A stretch of 59,122 nt of DNA, filler included. It is 3 parts of 3 records of this genome, joined end to end, with 100 filler letters (N's around TTAATTAATTAA, not from the genome) between each part and the next. Parts side by side here need not be neighbours in the genome. Positions count along the whole stretch, not along the records: positions 21,374 to 43,019 come from DRR723986_9355; 2 more parts are not named here. One strand, 5' to 3'. This document shows, one piece after another, positions 26,629-36,130 of this stretch (positions are counted from its first letter, which is position 1; each line of letters starts with the position of its first letter). The notes beneath the pieces were generated by a model. It was not told where the DNA came from. It ran no database searches and was given only the letters and a program-made list of their open reading frames with translations. The translations under genes were made by a program, and so were the position numbers.

Positions 26629-27021
26629 ATGTTTAAGGGAAGTTGCTGTTGTAAAGCCGTTCAATTCGAAGTGCTCAACGAACCTTCGTTTGTTGGAACC
26701 TGCCACTGTTCAAGGTGTCGCAAGGTTGGCGCAAGCACTATCGCATTTGTAAAAAGGAAGGATCTCAAGTGGATCTCTGGTAAGAAGTTCGTGCAGTTTT
26801 ACAAACCGGCTGCCCCTTACACTTATGAACGGTGCTTTTGCAAAATTTGCGGGACATCGCTCGGCGAGATTCTATCCAGCGAAGACAGCTTTCCAATTGC
26901 CGCAAATGCGTTTGATGGAGATACCAGTTTCAAAAACCAATCCCATGAGTTCGTTAGTGAAAAGCCCTCATGGCATAATATTTGTGATGATGCGCCCCAG
27001 AATGACGGGCATCCAGAATAG
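26629..27021 (+). CDS. GFA/CENP-V family zinc-binding protein
   Basis: GSCCCKAV, CHCSRCRK, RCFCKICGTSL. Confidence 0.9.
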   Translation: MFKGSCCCKAVQFEVLNEPSFVGTCHCSRCRKVGASTIAFVKRKDLKWISGKKFVQFYKPAAPYTYERCFCKICGTSLGEILSSEDSFPIAANAFDGDTSFKNQSHEFVSEKPSWHNICDDAPQNDGHPE

Positions 27022-27051
27022 AAATAGGCGGACACTCAAGCCGTTCTATCA

Positions 27052-27107
27052 AACGGCAACTTTGTCCGCACCTGAGACAATGATGCCACCTGCAGCGAAG
27101 GTCTGGA
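27052..27107 (+). repeat. Degenerate copy of the gene-boundary repeat
   Basis: ATGnTGC-N4-TGCA at the same offset as in copies A and B; 30 nt after the GFA stop. Confidence 0.45.
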
Positions 27108-27227
27108 ATGATCAAAATTTATCATAAGATAGAACTATCTGGCACATTCTAAACTGGGAGATGCGCGCTACACCCAACTGAGACGCCTATTAGAAAACAA
27201 AGGGTTATCTAATGAGGAGAGCTTGGC

Positions 27228-27680
27228 ATGGGCGCCGTATATTCGCAATTGAGCATCGAAGAACGCTGTAGAATAGAGCGTTGGAGGCAGGCAAAGGTTA
27301 TTGTTCGCGAGATGGCACGTGTGCTGAGGCGCTCAAAAGCTACCATCCATCGAGAGATCAAACGAAATTTCTTTTCGGGTCCCTGTCTGCCGAAATGAGA
27401 AGGCAATTATGGTGCGGCCGCGCAGCTGATGACGGTCAGCCGACGCGCCCGGAAACGGAAATTGATCCGCTATCCGGAGTTGTGCAAGCGTGCAATCGAG
27501 CGCCTGAAGAATGGCTGGACACCTGAGGAGATTGACAACCGGATGATCCACGAAGGTGCGAGGCAGCGAGTTTGTCAGAAAACGATCATCGCCACATCTA
27601 CTCCAAAGAAGGCATGGCCGATGAGCTCTGGTGATATCTGCCCGAACACAGAATGTACCGCCGACCGCGTCATCTAACCC
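27228..27680 (+). mobile_element. IS30-family transposase remnant (frameshifted, DDE domain missing)
   Basis: MGAVYSQLSIEER...EMARVLRRSKATIHREIKRN (IS30-type HTH); second frame RKLIRYPEL...LKNGWTPEEI...RVCQKTI. Confidence 0.8.
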
Positions 27681-27767
27681 GTCTAACCGCATGGATTCGT
27701 GATGTGAATCCTTAGAGACCAAAGTTCTGCAACAACGCCGGTGCGCACTACCCTTAAGTGCGCCTTC

Positions 27768-28817
27768 CTAAGAAACAGCCAGTTCTCCTTGATCGGGCAC
27801 TTCCGTCAAAACGAAGCCGAACGCCTTAGTACGGCGCTGCAGATTTCCAAGAACACGGCTGCCGTATCGCAGGGTGTTGTAGAACAGGACGGCGATCTTG
27901 CGGGCCGTTGCAGTTACCGCCTTTGCTTTTCCAGCACCAGCTGCCTGACGTCGATAAAAAGCCCCAAGGGCGGTGTCGCTTCGCCCGATTGTCACGGCCG
28001 CCAATCGCAACAAAGCTGCCGCCCGGCTGGAAGATCGCCTTGTTCGCGATGACAAAACTTTGCCGCCGGATATCTTGTTGTCAGGTGCCAGACAAAGCCA
28101 GGATGTAAAGTGTTTGGCACTCGGCCAGGCTTTCAGATCAGTCCCGCATTCGCCTACCAGCTTGAGTGCGAGCGATGGCCCCAAGCCATGGATTTGTGTC
28201 AGATCTGTTCCCAATACTCCATATCGGGCCGCTCTGATATCGAACGACGGCGTGTTAACCTGCTTTGCCTTTGTGCGGGCCCGGGGAAGCGTCGTTGCAT
28301 CATAAACTTTACCGGCTGCCAGCTCCGCCAAAACGGTCTCAAGCCGACGATCACACTCCAGCATTTTTGTCTGATAGAAGTCGTAGAACTCAAGTGACTG
28401 GGTCAGAGCAAAGATGTGCTCATCTCGATCATTGCCAACCAATTCCGCTCGAATGGTCTCGGTTGAGGAATGGCACAGGACATCCCGTAATGCTGCCAGC
28501 ACATCTGGATCTCGCTCCCCAGCGACGAAGGCGCGAATGATCCGCATACCTGTCGCACCGGTGATATCTGATACCACATGATGCAGTTGCAGGTTCATCT
28601 CCATCATAGCCTTCTGCATGTGCTGTATGTGAGCGGCGGTGTATTCGACCAGCCGTTCGCGCTGACGCAAATAAGCTCGCAACGTAGCGATCTCGGCATC
28701 AGGTCGGAAACTACCGCGTAAAAGCCTATAGGAATGAAGCTGCCGCAACCAGGCGGCATCGTTCACGTCGGTTTTGCGCCCGGGTGGATCAAACTGTGAG
28801 CATGCCACGACCCACAC
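27768..28817 (-). mobile_element. IS110-family transposase, 5'-truncated remnant
   Basis: PGRKTDVNDAAWL, QIHGLGP, FTSWLCLAP-x-NKISGG, ATARKIA; first acidic residues of the RuvC-like DEDD domain absent. Confidence 0.88.
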
Positions 28818-28827
28818 GCGGCTCTCA

Positions 28828-29397
28828 CTATTGCCGAAGATACCATTGTTTTTGATAGGTCTCGAAGGCGTCAGAGAAACCGTCCAACGACCAAATCAGA
28901 TCAAAGCGTCGCAAGTGCTTGTCGACGAAAGAAAACTCCATTTCCGTCCCACTCAGCATCGCTTCCAGGGCGTCTTTCGACTGCTGGTCGGTCAGATCGC
29001 AGTCCGCTAGGAGCAGGCATTTTGTTCCGGTCATGCGCCAGGTCACGTCGTCGCCTCGTTTGACAACAAACCCATTTGGCAGGAACACTGTACCCAGTTC
29101 AGGGCCAAACATGACGACATGCTGTCCGGTTGGTGCTCCGTCTCTAGGGGTGATGAATGTAAACAAAGCCCCGAATTTTGGGCGTTCAGCATAAACATCA
29201 ACCCAGCGGATGTAGCAACGCTGTTTCAGCGCCCCATACTCTTCACGCTCATCGCATATCGAATTCCAGACCCCGTGCGTCGTGTGATGCTTGACGCGCC
29301 AGTTGCTGGCGGTATCACGCCCTTGCAGATCCTGCGCGATCGTCGAGCTTGCCAGATGAAGACAAAGCCCGGTCAACAGCGCGGTGGCCAACCTCAT
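28828..29397 (-). CDS. Invasion-associated locus B (IalB)-like secreted protein
   Basis: Signal peptide; HGVWNSIC...CYI; WSLDGFSDAF C-terminal motif. Confidence 0.65.
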   Translation of the reverse strand: MRLATALLTGLCLHLASSTIAQDLQGRDTASNWRVKHHTTHGVWNSICDEREEYGALKQRCYIRWVDVYAERPKFGALFTFITPRDGAPTGQHVVMFGPELGTVFLPNGFVVKRGDDVTWRMTGTKCLLLADCDLTDQQSKDALEAMLSGTEMEFSFVDKHLRRFDLIWSLDGFSDAFETYQKQWYLRQ

Positions 29398-29789
29398 CAG
29401 GTCAACCCAGCCAGCCGTCGCGCCTCACGCAGAGCGGCGCTCCAGTCATGCCCATGCACGGACAGAATCTCTCCCCCTTGCGAGACAAAGAAGATCGGCG
29501 GATAAACCAGTTCGAGCTGCGGCGCAGCCAGTCGCAAGATCGGGTCACGGTCGCCATAAACACCGACATTTGGCACGTCACGTGTGCGCGGGATCACGTT
29601 TTCTTCAACATTGAACCCATGTTGTTTGCCCAGGGCCTGCACATCCGCCAGATTGTTGCGTTTGAACGCCATGCAGGGCGGGCAATCTTCGGCGCCATAG
29701 AAATGGAACGTTATCGGATCCGAGGCCCGCGCGGGCCCCGCAAACAGCGCCGTGGCGACGGCGGCGGCAATGAACTCTCTGCGTTTCAT
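29397..29789 (-). CDS. Tat-exported thioredoxin-fold protein (SoxS-like)
   Basis: MKRREFI Tat motif; CPPC; YPPIFFV cis-Pro strand. Confidence 0.75.
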   Translation of the reverse strand: MKRREFIAAAVATALFAGPARASDPITFHFYGAEDCPPCMAFKRNNLADVQALGKQHGFNVEENVIPRTRDVPNVGVYGDRDPILRLAAPQLELVYPPIFFVSQGGEILSVHGHDWSAALREARRLAGLT

Positions 29790-29808
29790 AGTCTTCTCCA
29801 GTAAGAAA

Positions 29809-29838
29809 TTCCGGAGCGGATCTGCGCCCGCTCCGGAA
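29809..29838 (-). terminator. Intergenic hairpin / possible terminator
   Basis: TTCCGGAGCGG-N8-CCGCTCCGGAA followed by TTTCTT on the minus strand. Confidence 0.6.
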
Positions 29839-29870
29839 GATGTCGTGAATCCTTAGGCGATTGTGAGGGC

Positions 29871-30866
29871 TTATAGGGAATAGTGATATTCATCCGGCAC
29901 CCAGGCATAGGCATCGCCGCTGCGCGCCACGTGGCCAAAGGACGGGAACGGGCAGTGGGGCGAAGCCACCAGCAATTTGTCATGCGCCGCCATGTCCAGC
30001 AGCTTGGCGCGGGTTTTCTTGCCGGTTTCGCCATCCACGTCGAACACCAGGCCCGCTTCGGGATGCTGGAACTGCACCGCCGCCACGCCGCAGGCGTCGC
30101 CCCAAATCAGCAGTTCTTCACCGCCAAAGCCAAAGTGATAGCCGGTCTGACCCGGAGTGTGGCCCGGTAGTTCCATCGCGGTGACGCCAGTGATAAGTTC
30201 CGGTGCGCCCGAGAAGATGTTGAGCCGGCCGTCATAAGCCGCCTTGACGTCCAGCGCCGCCTGATACCACGTCTTGGCGAAATCGGGGGCCGCAGCCAAA
30301 TTGGTTTCCGAAGCCCAGAATTCGATTTCTTTCTGCGCAACATACACCTGGGCGTTAGCGAATGTCGCCTTGCCATCGGCAGTGATCAGCGCGCCGATGT
30401 GGTCGGGGTGCATGTGGGTAATCAGGATGTCGTCTATCTGATCGGCGCTGTGACCGGCTGCGGCGAGCATTTCAAGGAATTTTCCAGCCGTCGGGCCAAA
30501 TAGATCGGCCGAACCGCTGTCCACCAGGACCAGGCGATCGCCGGTGTTCACTAGGTACGAGGTGATGCCAATGCGGATATTACCGTTGTCGGGCAGGAAG
30601 TTGTCTGCAACGGCCTGCTTTACGCCTGCTTCGTCAATTCCAACCCACAGGTTGTGGGCGATGTCCAGATATCCATCCAGCAGCGCAGTGACTTCGGCAT
30701 TGCCAACCTTGCGACGGTAGAAACCGGGGGCCTGAGCGCCCGCCAGAGGAGCGGCGGCTCGGGCCTGTGTCGGCAACAACGGCGTGGCAATTGCGGCAGA
30801 AGCGACGACAGCGGCGCCGGTCAGGGCCTGACGGCGGGAAATAAGGGTCATGAGAGGGTTCTCCAT
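29871..30866 (-). CDS. Tat-exported MBL-fold metallo-hydrolase (methyl-parathion hydrolase / lactonase-like)
   Basis: SRRQAL Tat motif; THMHPDHIG; PGHTPG; LIWGD; HCPFPSFG. Confidence 0.9.
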   Translation of the reverse strand: MENPLMTLISRRQALTGAAVVASAAIATPLLPTQARAAAPLAGAQAPGFYRRKVGNAEVTALLDGYLDIAHNLWVGIDEAGVKQAVADNFLPDNGNIRIGITSYLVNTGDRLVLVDSGSADLFGPTAGKFLEMLAAAGHSADQIDDILITHMHPDHIGALITADGKATFANAQVYVAQKEIEFWASETNLAAAPDFAKTWYQAALDVKAAYDGRLNIFSGAPELITGVTAMELPGHTPGQTGYHFGFGGEELLIWGDACGVAAVQFQHPEAGLVFDVDGETGKKTRAKLLDMAAHDKLLVASPHCPFPSFGHVARSGDAYAWVPDEYHYSL

Positions 30867-30889
30867 GGTTTAGGTTGAGGAAGAGTTGG

Positions 30890-31588
30890 TTATTTTTCAG
30901 AAGGATACTGGGGCAGAAATTCGGCCACGAAAGGTACCAACGCCCGCCCCAGTTTCTGCTGTGCGGCGGCGGTCAGATGCACCCCATCCGCCCCGTCGGC
31001 GCGGATCACGGAGCCGGCGTCAAACACAGGGATGCCGGTTTTCCGGGACTGACGGGCATAAGCACTGGACAGGGCTTCGGAGCCGGGTTGGGAGCCGCCA
31101 AAGATATCGGAAAGCGCGCCACGTTCCGGGTTGGTCAGCGGGGGTGGAATCACCACCAGAACCTGTCCAATCCCCCCGGCTTGCAGGATCCGCGCCAGAG
31201 AAAAGGCTGACCGCGCAATAGTGGCCGCATCCCGCCCCTGACCGCGTTGCAGGTCATTGGTACCCAGCATCACCACCGCCAGATCCAGCGGCAGGTGTCG
31301 CGCGGCCAGATCGGGCAGCGGCGTGGTCACTGCGCGACCAATATTGTCAAGCGGTCGCCCGGCGCCCAGGTCCGTACGCCGACCGATGCGGCCCTCCTCC
31401 ACCACCACGGCATGAGGGAGAGCCGCATCAAGCACCCGTCCCCACCGCACGGTTTCACCATGCCGCGGACCGGATGCATTGGACCCCCAGGTATTGCTGT
31501 CTCCCAGCACCAGAATCCGCATCGCAGCCCAGGCGGGCAAAGGCGCGGCGCACAGCATCACAACACACAAGAAGACAGCGCGGATCAC
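30890..31588 (-). CDS. Secreted SGNH/GDSL hydrolase
   Basis: Signal peptide; GDSNTWG, LGTNDL, DGVH. Confidence 0.88.
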   Translation of the reverse strand: MIRAVFLCVVMLCAAPLPAWAAMRILVLGDSNTWGSNASGPRHGETVRWGRVLDAALPHAVVVEEGRIGRRTDLGAGRPLDNIGRAVTTPLPDLAARHLPLDLAVVMLGTNDLQRGQGRDAATIARSAFSLARILQAGGIGQVLVVIPPPLTNPERGALSDIFGGSQPGSEALSSAYARQSRKTGIPVFDAGSVIRADGADGVHLTAAAQQKLGRALVPFVAEFLPQYPSEK

Positions 31589-32014
31589 CAGAGGATTCCT
31601 TTTGTTTTCATCTTGATGATCAATCTAACCCCTGCCCCGCCGACACCGAACAGGGCACCTTTTTGTAACCATGGGAGTCTCGATCACGTTCGGGTGAGAA
31701 CGGTGTTACAGACGGCAAATTCGCCAGATCTCTGCCCTGAAACCCGCTGGCAAGAGGCCATCGAGGCCCGTTGTTAGTACCCAACCGGAAAGCTTTCGTC
31801 CTATGACCGTCATTGACCGGATTCGCCGATGGCCCATCGCCTAGTACGGGCGTTGAATCATGGTCGTTCAACAAACGGACATTCGCTTTTTCAGGTGATC
31901 TGTTCAGTTGGCATGGCGATGAAAGCGGAACATTGCATTGCATCCGCTTGCCGATCAGTCGCCCGTTTCATGACGATCTCAGTCGGGACATCCGGTCAAA
32001 CGGGTCCTGGCGGT

Positions 32015-32911
32015 TCACTCCACCGCTTTCTCTGCCAGCCAATCAACGAACTGGCGCACCGCGCGTTTGCGCATCCCGGCGGGAGAGCGCAGGACACGGT
32101 AGTGATAACCGGGGAGTTGCGGGCCTTCGAGCTCGACAAGCCCGTCATCAAATTCCGCCGATCGCACGATGGTCCGGCTTAGCAGTGCCGCACCATGGCC
32201 CCGTTTCAGGGCGTCAAACGCCAGATTGTAAGCGTCGAAACTCATCCGGCGATAGCTATCGTAATCCTCGACCCCAGCGGCAGAGAACCACGCCTTCCAG
32301 GACGGCGCCGTCAGGGAGGAGTTCTCCCATCGCACATCAATCAACCGCTTGCGGGTCAGAAATTCGATCCGTGCCGCCCGGTTCGGGGTCAATAGATCGC
32401 GGCTGGCGGCCGCGACGTAATATTCCTGATAGAGCGGGATTTCATCGCTGCCTTCGGCTGGTTTCGCCCCATAGCGCACCGCCACGTCGACCTCGCTCCC
32501 GTTCATGTCCATCGCGCTTTCGCTGGCGAAAACGTTCAGCGTGAGTTGTGGGAAGGCGTCGTAGAAATCGCCCAGTCGGGGCTGCAGCCAATAGCGCGCG
32601 AATTCCCGCGTGGTCGAAATCGTCACCGTGTTGGTGTCGAGATTGCCATAGGTTTCAGCAAAGGCCGCGGCCAGGCTGTCCATACCCCGTGTGATATCGG
32701 GTAACATCCGTGCGCCCTGATCGGTCAGCGAGATATTGCGCCCGGCCCGTTCGAACAGCTTGATATCCAGCAGATTTTCCAGATGCCGGATCTGATGGCT
32801 GATCGCAGTGGGCGTCACTGACAGCTCCTCGGCGGCTTCAGAAATACTCTCCAGGCGGGCCGCCGCTTCGAATGCGCGGATAGCGTTGAGAGGGGGCAAG
32901 CGACGTTTCAT
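32015..32911 (-). CDS. LysR family regulator (GcvA-like)
   Basis: LPPLNAIRAFEAAAR, AAEELSVTPTAISHQIRHLE. Confidence 0.95.
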   Translation of the reverse strand: MKRRLPPLNAIRAFEAAARLESISEAAEELSVTPTAISHQIRHLENLLDIKLFERAGRNISLTDQGARMLPDITRGMDSLAAAFAETYGNLDTNTVTISTTREFARYWLQPRLGDFYDAFPQLTLNVFASESAMDMNGSEVDVAVRYGAKPAEGSDEIPLYQEYYVAAASRDLLTPNRAARIEFLTRKRLIDVRWENSSLTAPSWKAWFSAAGVEDYDSYRRMSFDAYNLAFDALKRGHGAALLSRTIVRSAEFDDGLVELEGPQLPGYHYRVLRSPAGMRKRAVRQFVDWLAEKAVE

Positions 32912-32980
32912 GTTGTCCTTTCATGGCACGAACCACGGAGGTTGGCAAAGTTGAAATACCTGCATGAAAGGGATTGAAAT

Positions 32981-33007
32981 GACCCGGGCAATCAACAGGC
33001 CCGGGTC
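32981..33007 (-). terminator. Hairpin after the transporter/hydrolase operon
   Basis: GACCCGGGC-N9-GCCCGGGTC. Confidence 0.5.
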
Positions 33008-33014
33008 GATCATG

Positions 33015-33407
33015 TCAGTGGATGTCAGAATAGGTAATGGTGACGCTATCCACATTCACCAGTTCCAGAAATTCCTTGTTCACTGGGTCAGCGACGAATT
33101 TTTCAAGCGCGGCGCGCCCCGCCTCTTCACTTTCCCAGTAGACGACTTCGATCCAGACGCCATCGGCCTGCAGCGCCACATAGCGATCCACAAAACCATC
33201 GTAGTTGGCGGTCAGGTTGGCATTCACCGTGCCTCCGGCGGCAGCTTCGGACATCGCAGCAACGCTGACGCCCTCCTTCGCCTTAAAGGTCACGTATTCG
33301 ATGGTTCCGGCTTTGCTCAGATCTGCGGCCATGGCTGCGGTCATTGTCCCGATGGCCAAGGTGGTCGCAAGTGCTGCGGTCTTAAGGCCTGTTGCAAGTT
33401 TCATCAT
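33015..33407 (-). CDS. Small secreted protein with dimeric alpha-beta barrel (ABM-like) pattern
   Basis: Signal peptide ending AMA; IEYVTFKAKEG, DGFVDR, WIEVVYWESEEA; GGAGG RBS. Confidence 0.65.
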   Translation of the reverse strand: MMKLATGLKTAALATTLAIGTMTAAMAADLSKAGTIEYVTFKAKEGVSVAAMSEAAAGGTVNANLTANYDGFVDRYVALQADGVWIEVVYWESEEAGRAALEKFVADPVNKEFLELVNVDSVTITYSDIH

Positions 33408-33462
33408 GGATAATTCCTCCTGTTGCATGATGGATGGGGTGAGTGGTGGTGGAATTGGTCGG

Positions 33463-34134
33463 TCAGAGGCTGCGTACCTTGTCGGCGATCGCGCGGCCAA
33501 ATTTGGCGTGTTGGTCCTGGCTCATGTGAAGGCCATCGACGCCCGCCGCTTTGCCGGTGACGGCGCCGGCGTCAAAGCTATCGATGCCAGCAACATCGCC
33601 GGCGGATTTGAGGGCGGCGCCAAGCGCCTCGGACTTGGCCTTACCGCCTTCGAACATGGCCGCGAAATCCGGGTGGGGCATGTCGTTGACCGGTGCGGGC
33701 GACACGACCAGCACCTGCGGCGCGTCATAGTGATAGGCGACCCCGCCGCCGCAGCCCTGCGCCACCTGCGCCACTTCGATGATGGCGGCGGCGATGTCTT
33801 CGGCAGACCGGTTGGTGTCGGCCTTAAGGTCATTGGTCCCTAGCGCGATGATCAGCAGATCTACCGGCATTTCCCGCGCAATCGCGGCGGGCAGAGTTTT
33901 CGCGCCATTGAACATGTCGGCCTTGATGGCGTTCCAGTCCATTGCGTCATCCAGATTGGTTGCGCGCACGGTCAGGCCGTCGACGGCGACATCATAGTCG
34001 TCGCCCAGCTCGGCGGCCATGACGCCCGCCCAGCGTTCGTTGTCAGCATAGCGGGTCGAGGGGAAAGCTTCCTCCACCCCGATCCAACCCCAGGTGTTGC
34101 TGTCGCCGTAAACGAGTATTTTCTTTCTGGCCAT
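33463..34134 (-). CDS. Cytoplasmic SGNH/GDSL arylesterase
   Basis: GDSNTWG, LGTNDLK, VDGLH; start MARKKIL after AAGGAG. Confidence 0.9.
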   Translation of the reverse strand: MARKKILVYGDSNTWGWIGVEEAFPSTRYADNERWAGVMAAELGDDYDVAVDGLTVRATNLDDAMDWNAIKADMFNGAKTLPAAIAREMPVDLLIIALGTNDLKADTNRSAEDIAAAIIEVAQVAQGCGGGVAYHYDAPQVLVVSPAPVNDMPHPDFAAMFEGGKAKSEALGAALKSAGDVAGIDSFDAGAVTGKAAGVDGLHMSQDQHAKFGRAIADKVRSL

Positions 34135-34171
34135 GACAGGCTCCTTCATTCGTTTCTCAAATGTTTGTTGA

Positions 34172-35320
34172 TCAGGTTTTGATGATGTGGCCGTCTTCGG
34201 GGTGCCAGCTGGCGGTGACACTGGCGCCGACCTCGATATCCAGAGCCTGCATGTCACGCTGTTGCAGCTGTACGGTGATGGGAGTGCCAGCCGCCGTTTC
34301 CAGCCGCAGATTGACCAGCGCGCCCACGAATTCCTCGCCCATGACGCGGGCCGAAACCTCGTTTTCCGCCCAACCCGCCGCCGCCGTGACCGAGATCTGG
34401 TCGGCGCGCACGATCAGGCTGACCTGTTTGCCTTCGTCCAGCTCGGCCAGTTCGGGACCTGCGCATTTGAAACTGCCATCGTCGCTTTCCAGCGTAAGCT
34501 CCCCGGATTTGCGGCGCCGGGTCTTGCAGTCGAAAATCGACGACCCGCCCAGGAACCGCGCCACAAACGGCGTGGCCGGGCGCAGATAGATGTCCTCGGG
34601 GCTGCCGGCCTGTTCGATCCGGCCCTGGTTCATGATCACCACGGTGTCAGCCATTGAAAACGCCTCGGAATGGCTGTGGGTGACATAGACGAAGGTGATG
34701 CCCAACTCGCGCTGAAGGCGTTTCAGCTCTCCCTGCATCTGTACCGACAGATGTGCATCTAGCGCCGACAGCGGTTCGTCCAGCAACAAGACAGACGGCT
34801 CCGTCACCAGACAGCGCGCCAGCGCCACACGCTGGCGTTGCCCGCCCGACAGCTGGTCGACGCCGCGATTTGCGTAGCCTTCAAGCCCCAGCTTGCTTAG
34901 CCAGTCGAGCGCGCGGGTGCGCCGTTCGGCGCTGGCCACGCCTTTCATCCGCAGGCCGAATTCGACGTTTTCGCGCACGGTGAGGAAGGGAAACAGCGCC
35001 AGCGACTGCCAGACCATGGGCATGTCACGTTCCCAGATCGCCAGATCGTTGATCCGCTGCCCTTCGCGTAGAATGTCGCCGCTGGTCACATCCTCCAGCC
35101 CCGCCAGCATCCGCAGCAAGGTAGATTTACCGCAGCCAGACGGGCCCATAATGGCGATGAATTTGCCCTCTTCGATGTCCAGATCCAGCCGGTCGACCGC
35201 AACCGAGTCACCATAGGTCTTGTGGATGTTTTTGAGCGAGATATGCGCGTGCGACATGTGGTGGTCCCCCGGTTTGGGCGCGACGGGACGCGCGGCTGTG
35301 ATGTCTGTCAGAGTGTTCAT
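34172..35320 (-). CDS. ABC transporter ATP-binding protein (PotA-like, TOBE domain)
   Basis: GPSGCGKST, LSGGQRQRVALAR, LLLDEP. Confidence 0.93.
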   Translation of the reverse strand: MNTLTDITAARPVAPKPGDHHMSHAHISLKNIHKTYGDSVAVDRLDLDIEEGKFIAIMGPSGCGKSTLLRMLAGLEDVTSGDILREGQRINDLAIWERDMPMVWQSLALFPFLTVRENVEFGLRMKGVASAERRTRALDWLSKLGLEGYANRGVDQLSGGQRQRVALARCLVTEPSVLLLDEPLSALDAHLSVQMQGELKRLQRELGITFVYVTHSHSEAFSMADTVVIMNQGRIEQAGSPEDIYLRPATPFVARFLGGSSIFDCKTRRRKSGELTLESDDGSFKCAGPELAELDEGKQVSLIVRADQISVTAAAGWAENEVSARVMGEEFVGALVNLRLETAAGTPITVQLQQRDMQALDIEVGASVTASWHPEDGHIIKT

Positions 35321-35335
35321 GTTGGGTCTCCCGAT

Positions 35336-36127
35336 TCAGGCGCGTGCCAGACGGCGCAGCACCAGAAACTGTGCGCCAAGGATGAGAGTGATTGAGGTGA
35401 TGAAGGTGATGGAGCCGATGGCGTTGATGCGCGGGCTCACCGCTGATTGCAGGAAGCTGAGGATCCGGACCGAGCTTGTCTCCTCCAACCCGCCCACGAA
35501 CCAGGTGACGGCGTATTCATCAAAGCTGACGGCCATGCACAGCAGGAAGGCAGCGAGGATCGAGGTCTTGGTGGACGGGATGATCACCTCGCGAAAGGCG
35601 CGCCAATTGCTGGCGCCCAGGTTCTGCGCAGCAAATTCCAGATCGCCGTCGATTTGGGAAAACCGCAGCCGGATGATCGCCATGGCAAAGGGCGAGGTCA
35701 GGACAATATGACTGACCACGATGGCCGGCAGCGTACCGGACAAGCCGATGCGCGACAGATAGGCCAGCATCGCAAGGCCAATGACGACCAACGGGATCAG
35801 CGGCGGCATCAGGGCAAAGACCAGCACCAGCTTTTTGCCAAAGAAGTCGAAGCGATAATCCGCATATGCGGCGGCGAACCCCATGGCAGTGGCGATCGGC
35901 GCCACGATCAGCGCGATCTTCACCGTGTTGGCAAAGGCGTCGATCACCAACGCATCGGCCAGGATCAACCGGTACCAGTCCAGCGTGAAGCCGCCCAGCG
36001 GGATGGTCGGAAAGCGGTCCGAGTTCAGCGAGAACACAAAATTCGTTAGGATCGGCGCATAGAGGAAGGTCAGCGCAAGACCCAGAAAAATCACGGTCAG
36101 GCGGCGGGTTAGCAGGGAAACGCGCAT
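35336..36127 (-). CDS. ABC permease (PotC-like)
   Basis: FLYAPI, FTLDWY, EAA-type loop EFAAQNLGA, SFDE. Confidence 0.9.
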   Translation of the reverse strand: MRVSLLTRRLTVIFLGLALTFLYAPILTNFVFSLNSDRFPTIPLGGFTLDWYRLILADALVIDAFANTVKIALIVAPIATAMGFAAAYADYRFDFFGKKLVLVFALMPPLIPLVVIGLAMLAYLSRIGLSGTLPAIVVSHIVLTSPFAMAIIRLRFSQIDGDLEFAAQNLGASNWRAFREVIIPSTKTSILAAFLLCMAVSFDEYAVTWFVGGLEETSSVRILSFLQSAVSPRINAIGSITFITSITLILGAQFLVLRRLARA

Positions 36128-36130
36128 GGC

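Noticed and set aside
21393-27107. CRISPR array or integron attC interpretation of the dispersed repeats
   Set aside because: Copies are kilobases apart and degenerate, there is no cas or intI gene, and attC core sites are absent
31620-31943. 107-aa ORF between LysR and SGNH
   Set aside because: Atypical composition with no motif; more likely regulatory DNA
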